Shown here: positions 60,252 to 64,000 of the stretch, piece by piece | Numbering within the stretch: the first letter of the stretch is position 1 | Layout: each line of letters begins with the position of its first letter | Source of the DNA: an uncultured Acetatifactor sp. | Lineage (GTDB): Bacteria; Bacillota; Clostridia; Lachnospirales; Lachnospiraceae | Assembly (NCBI GenBank): GCA_910588225.1 | Contig: CAJUQT010000010.1 | Span: forward strand, 29,224 to 93,223 | Direction: 5' to 3' | DNA length: 64,000 nt | The notes under the pieces: generated by a model | Database searches by the model: none | What the model was told of the DNA's origin: nothing | What the model saw: the letters and a program-made list of their open reading frames with translations, nothing else | Translations under genes and position numbers: made by a program

Positions 60252-61013
60252 ATGGCAAAGACCATAGCAATTGCAAACCAGAAAGGCGGAGTAGGTAAAA
60301 CTACCACATCTATTAATTTATCTGCTTGTCTGGCAGAAAAAGGCAAGAAAGTTCTGGTAATCGATACAGATCCACAGGGTAATACTACCAGTGGTTTTGG
60401 AATAGATAAAAATAATCTTGAAAATACAATATATGATTTAATTCTCGGGGAATGCTCTATCAGTGACTGTATTATAAAAAATATCATTTCAAACATTTCT
60501 ATTGTACCTTCTAATGTAAACTTGGCAGCGGCAGAAATAGAATTAATCGGAATAGACAGAAAAGAATACATATTAAAAAAAGAAGTAGACTACATAAAAG
60601 AAGAGTATGACTTTATTATCATTGACTGTCCACCTTCTTTGAATATGCTTACGATTAATGCTATGACTACAGCAGACAGCGTATTGGTACCTATTCAATG
60701 TGAATATTATGCTTTGGAAGGACTAAGTCAGTTAATTCATACAATTAATCTGGTAAAGGAAAGATTAAATCCTGATTTAGATATGGAAGGCGCTGTATTT
60801 ACAATGTATGATTCCCGTACAAATCTTTCTATGCAGGTAGTGGAAAATGTAAAGCAGAATCTGAGTCAGAAAATTTATAATACACTGATACCTAGAAATA
60901 TCAGATTGGCAGAAGCACCAAGTCATGGTATGCCTATAAACTTATATGATGCAAAATCAGCAGGTGCGGAAGCTTATATGCAATTAGCTGAAGAGATTAT
61001 CAGCAATATATAA
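60252..61013 (+). CDS. parA: ParA/Soj ATPase
   Basis: NQKGGVGKTTT, IDTDPQGN, IDCPPSL, PIQCEYYALEG, IPRNIRLAEAPS. Confidence 0.97.
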   Translation: MAKTIAIANQKGGVGKTTTSINLSACLAEKGKKVLVIDTDPQGNTTSGFGIDKNNLENTIYDLILGECSISDCIIKNIISNISIVPSNVNLAAAEIELIGIDRKEYILKKEVDYIKEEYDFIIIDCPPSLNMLTINAMTTADSVLVPIQCEYYALEGLSQLIHTINLVKERLNPDLDMEGAVFTMYDSRTNLSMQVVENVKQNLSQKIYNTLIPRNIRLAEAPSHGMPINLYDAKSAGAEAYMQLAEEIISNI

Positions 61014-61085
61014 TTTCTTATTTGAGTAGCTCAGAAAAAATATCCAGTTATATAAAATAATCAAATAACTAAAGGATAATTCGTA

Positions 61086-61532
61086 ATGAAAAAAACAGAT
61101 ACAGTTGTTGAACTCATCAAACAGGAAATTGAAAATAAAAAAATATTGGAAATAGCTTGCGGGAGTGGGGACTTTTCTCTTTCTGCTGTCCAATATGCAG
61201 AAGAAATTTATTGTATTGATATTGATGAAAATCGTCTGAATGAGAAGATTCATAATATAGAAAAGATAGAATTTAAAAAAATGGATGCGGCTGAAATGAG
61301 TTTTAGTGATGAGTCTTTTGATATTGTCGTTATTTATAATGGACTATATCACATTCAAAATCAATACGATAAAATTATTTCAGAATGTAAACGGGTATTG
61401 AAAAAAGAGGGATGCATGTTTATAATTGGAACATGGAAGCTGGATATTACTTTAATGACAGAAATGTTTCAAACAAAAGTAAAAAATTTAAAAGATAATT
61501 ATATTGTCAATATTAAGGCAGAAGATTTATAA
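61086..61532 (+). CDS. Small class I SAM-dependent methyltransferase
   Basis: Motif I ILEIACGSG, post-I IDID, MDAAEMSFSDESFD, ECKRVLK.EG. Only 148 aa and very AT-rich. Confidence 0.8.
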   Translation: MKKTDTVVELIKQEIENKKILEIACGSGDFSLSAVQYAEEIYCIDIDENRLNEKIHNIEKIEFKKMDAAEMSFSDESFDIVVIYNGLYHIQNQYDKIISECKRVLKKEGCMFIIGTWKLDITLMTEMFQTKVKNLKDNYIVNIKAEDL

Positions 61533-61648
61533 TTATATTGTCGTGGTGATTTGAAAGTTATAAAATAGAAGTTTTAAATATTGAGCTATTAAAATCGATT
61601 GGTTGATAAAGGGCTTGATGATAGATGAGCAGGGAGGGATAAGATAAT

Positions 61649-62563
61649 ATGGCTGGAAAATCAGCAAGAGGACTGGGTAAAGGACTTGACTCTCTGATAC
61701 CAGATGCAGTGGGAGAGGCAAAGAAGAAAAAAGAAGCTGCCGCGATGAGTGAAATGGAAAGTATAGATAGCAAGGGTACTCAGGAAACAATTATAAAAAT
61801 CACTATGGTAGAACCCAACAGAAAACAACCGCGTAAGAATTTTGATGAAGATGCATTGCAGGAGTTGTCAGATTCGATTAAGCAGGTTGGATTAATACAG
61901 CCGATTTTGGTGCAAGACAAAAAGGATCATTATGAAATTATCGCCGGTGAACGGAGGTGGCGTGCAGCAAAATTAGCTGGATTGAAAGAAATTCCTGTAA
62001 TTATTCGAAATTATTCTGAGCAGGAGATTATGGAGATTTCCCTGATTGAAAATATTCAGAGGGAAGATTTGAATCCAATTGAAGAAGCACAGGCCTATAA
62101 ACGGTTGCTGACAGAATTTAATTTAAAACAGGATGAAGTGGCAGAAAGAGTATCAAAGAGCCGTGCTGCAGTTACCAATTCTATTCGTCTGCTGAAGCTG
62201 GATGAGAGAGTACAGCAAATGGTTATTGATGATATGATCAGTACCGGCCACGCGCGTGCGCTTTTGGCAGTGGAAGACCCAGAAGAACAATACACACTTG
62301 CACAGCAAATTTTTGATGGAAGATTAAGTGTGCGGGATGTAGAAAAATTAGTGAAAAATCTGCACAAACCAGAAAAAGCAAAAAAGAAATCCGGTGACAA
62401 AACCATGCAGGTCATTTATCAGGATATAGAGGACAAGCTGAAACAGAAATTGAGTACTAAGGTGACAGTTACCTCCAAAGGAGAGGGAAGCGGAAAAATT
62501 GAAATAGAGTTCTATAATCATGAGGATTTGGACAGACTGTTGGATATGATTGGAGAAAAGTAA
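61649..62563 (+). CDS. parB: ParB/Spo0J partition protein
   Basis: RGLGKGL, PN..QPRK.F, IIAGERRWRA, ENIQREDLNPIEEA, GHARALL. Confidence 0.97.
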   Translation: MAGKSARGLGKGLDSLIPDAVGEAKKKKEAAAMSEMESIDSKGTQETIIKITMVEPNRKQPRKNFDEDALQELSDSIKQVGLIQPILVQDKKDHYEIIAGERRWRAAKLAGLKEIPVIIRNYSEQEIMEISLIENIQREDLNPIEEAQAYKRLLTEFNLKQDEVAERVSKSRAAVTNSIRLLKLDERVQQMVIDDMISTGHARALLAVEDPEEQYTLAQQIFDGRLSVRDVEKLVKNLHKPEKAKKKSGDKTMQVIYQDIEDKLKQKLSTKVTVTSKGEGSGKIEIEFYNHEDLDRLLDMIGEK

Positions 62564-62588
62564 TTTATTTAAGTACAAAAGGAGATAT

Positions 62589-63143
62589 ATGATACAGGGA
62601 AACAGTAATTTTTTAAATCGGCTGGGACTGGAATCTTTTGATTTGGGATATATGGCCGTTGGAATACTTGTTCTTGCAGTTTTAATTCTGATACTGATAA
62701 TTATATTGATCATTCAGATTGTCAAGGTAAATAAATTGAAGAAAAGACTAGATAAATTTCTTGCAGGTAAAGAAGGGGCCAGCCTGGAACAGGATATCAT
62801 TGCCTTGTTCGAAGACAATAAGTTTTTGAAAAACAGTACTGATAAAAATAAAAAAGACATATCTATTCTGTTTAAAAGAATGGAATCGACGTATCAGAAA
62901 ATGGGCCTGGTAAAATATGATGCATTTAATCAGATGGGTGGACAACTGAGTTACAGCCTGGCTTTACTGGATGAAAATGATAATGGTTTCATCATTAATT
63001 CTGTTCACAGTGTGGAAGGATGTTATTCCTATTCAAAAGAAATCAGAAATGGTGATAACCAGATAACTTTGAGCGCTGAGGAAGAAGAAGCATTGGCTAT
63101 TGCTAAAAAGAGTATAAAACAGGCAGAAAAAAGAAAGGAATAG
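62589..63143 (+). CDS. DUF4446-family membrane-anchored protein
   Basis: N-terminal TM segment, then GLVKYDAF..MGGQLSYSLALLDE...GFIINS.HS...CY.Y.KEI; usual clostridial position after parB. Confidence 0.72.
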   Translation: MIQGNSNFLNRLGLESFDLGYMAVGILVLAVLILILIIILIIQIVKVNKLKKRLDKFLAGKEGASLEQDIIALFEDNKFLKNSTDKNKKDISILFKRMESTYQKMGLVKYDAFNQMGGQLSYSLALLDENDNGFIINSVHSVEGCYSYSKEIRNGDNQITLSAEEEEALAIAKKSIKQAEKRKE

Positions 63144-63151
63144 AATATATT

Positions 63152-64000
63152 ATGATTGATATTAAATTTTTGAGAGAAAATCCCGATATTGTAAAAGAAA
63201 ATATTAGAAAAAAGTTTCAGGATGAGAAAATTGCCCTGGTGGACGAAGTGATTGCTTTGGATGCGGAGAGCAGAAAGGCAAAGCAGGAGGGTGATAGTCT
63301 GCGCGCTTCCCGGAATAAAATTTCGAAGGAAATTGGTGCCCTAATGGCACAGGGAAAAAAAGAAGAAGCAGAACAAAAAAAGGCAGAAGTTGCCGCTAAT
63401 GCCAGGAGACTGGCTGAGCTGGAAAAGCTGGAACCTGATCTTCAGGAAAAAATAGCGAAAATTATGATGGTTATTCCCAATATTATTGATGCATCGGTTC
63501 CAATTGGTAAAGATGACAGCGAAAATGTGGAAATCCAGAAGTATGGAGAACCTACGGTTCCTGATTTTGAGGTTCCTTATCATGCGGATATCCTGAGCAG
63601 CATCAGTGGTCTGGACAAGGATGCGGCTGGCCGCACCAGCGGAAACGGGTTTTATTATCTTATGGGTGATGCGGCCAGGATTCATTCTGCAATGATAAGC
63701 TATGCCAGGGACTTTATGATTGACAAAGGATTTACTTACTGTATTCCGCCTTTCATGATTCGCAGCAGTGTAGTGAATGGTGTTATGAGCTTTGCAGAAA
63801 TGGAAGCAATGATGTACAAAATAGAAGGAGAAGATTTGTACCTTATCGGAACATCGGAGCATTCCATGATTGGTAAATTTAAAGGAGAAATTGTAAAAGA
63901 AAGCAGTCTGCCTGTAACCATGACATCCTATTCGCCCTGTTTCAGAAAGGAAGTGGGTTCTCACGGAATCGAAGAGAGAGGTGTGTATCGCGTACACCAG
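63152..64000 (+). CDS. serS: Seryl-tRNA synthetase (5' part, runs off the window)
   Basis: Not in the ORF track; translated by hand: MIDIKFLRENPDIVKENI...IPNIIDASVPIGKDDSEN...LIGTSEHS...SPCFRKEVGSHG...GVYRVHQ. Confidence 0.96.
   Translation, partial: MIDIKFLRENPDIVKENIRKKFQDEKIALVDEVIALDAESRKAKQEGDSLRASRNKISKEIGALMAQGKKEEAEQKKAEVAANARRLAELEKLEPDLQEKIAKIMMVIPNIIDASVPIGKDDSENVEIQKYGEPTVPDFEVPYHADILSSISGLDKDAAGRTSGNGFYYLMGDAARIHSAMISYARDFMIDKGFTYCIPPFMIRSSVVNGVMSFAEMEAMMYKIEGEDLYLIGTSEHSMIGKFKGEIVKESSLPVTMTSYSPCFRKEVGSHGIEERGVYRVHQ

Overview
Replication-origin region of a Clostridia (very likely Lachnospiraceae) chromosome. The core block is gyrA-gyrB-recF-yaaA-dnaN-dnaA | rpmH-rnpA-yidD-yidC-jag-mnmE-mnmG-rsmG ... 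parA-parB-DUF4446-serS (partial). It carries a bipartite oriC (DnaA-box clusters on both sides of dnaA, plus a DnaA-trio/AT-rich element before dnaN) and a parS cluster upstream of parA. Left of gyrA are, in window order: an HtrA-like protein missing catalytic residues; an MFS transporter and a PfkB kinase; a LacI-associated sugar island; EamA, mutS2 and an OmpR-type two-component system; a cobalamin riboswitch controlling a DUF4430 protein and a CbrT-like ECF S component; a nagA/nagB/transglutaminase-fold/GH2 block; a class I lysyl-tRNA synthetase fused to a tRNA-binding domain; and an orphan type III-like Mod methyltransferase next to a pRiA4b-ORF3-domain gene. The sugar island encodes a GH140 apiosidase-like enzyme, an FGGY kinase, a split transketolase, a FucI/AraA-family isomerase, an unknown 655-aa protein and a GH78 rhamnosidase, and looks like a D-apiose utilisation system. 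Right of the origin, accessory genes interrupt the canonical order: MATE; diguanylate cyclase, truncated His-less DegS-like protein, NarL/DegU-type regulator and Nudix-GNAT fusion; and a small methyltransferase between parA and parB. The best candidates for undescribed biology are the apiose island with its unknown 655-aa protein, the PNGase-like transglutaminase beside nagB/nagA, and the pseudo-kinase/response-regulator/DGC module. No rRNA, tRNA, CRISPR array or transposase was seen. Family calls come from motif recognition by eye; no database searches were run.
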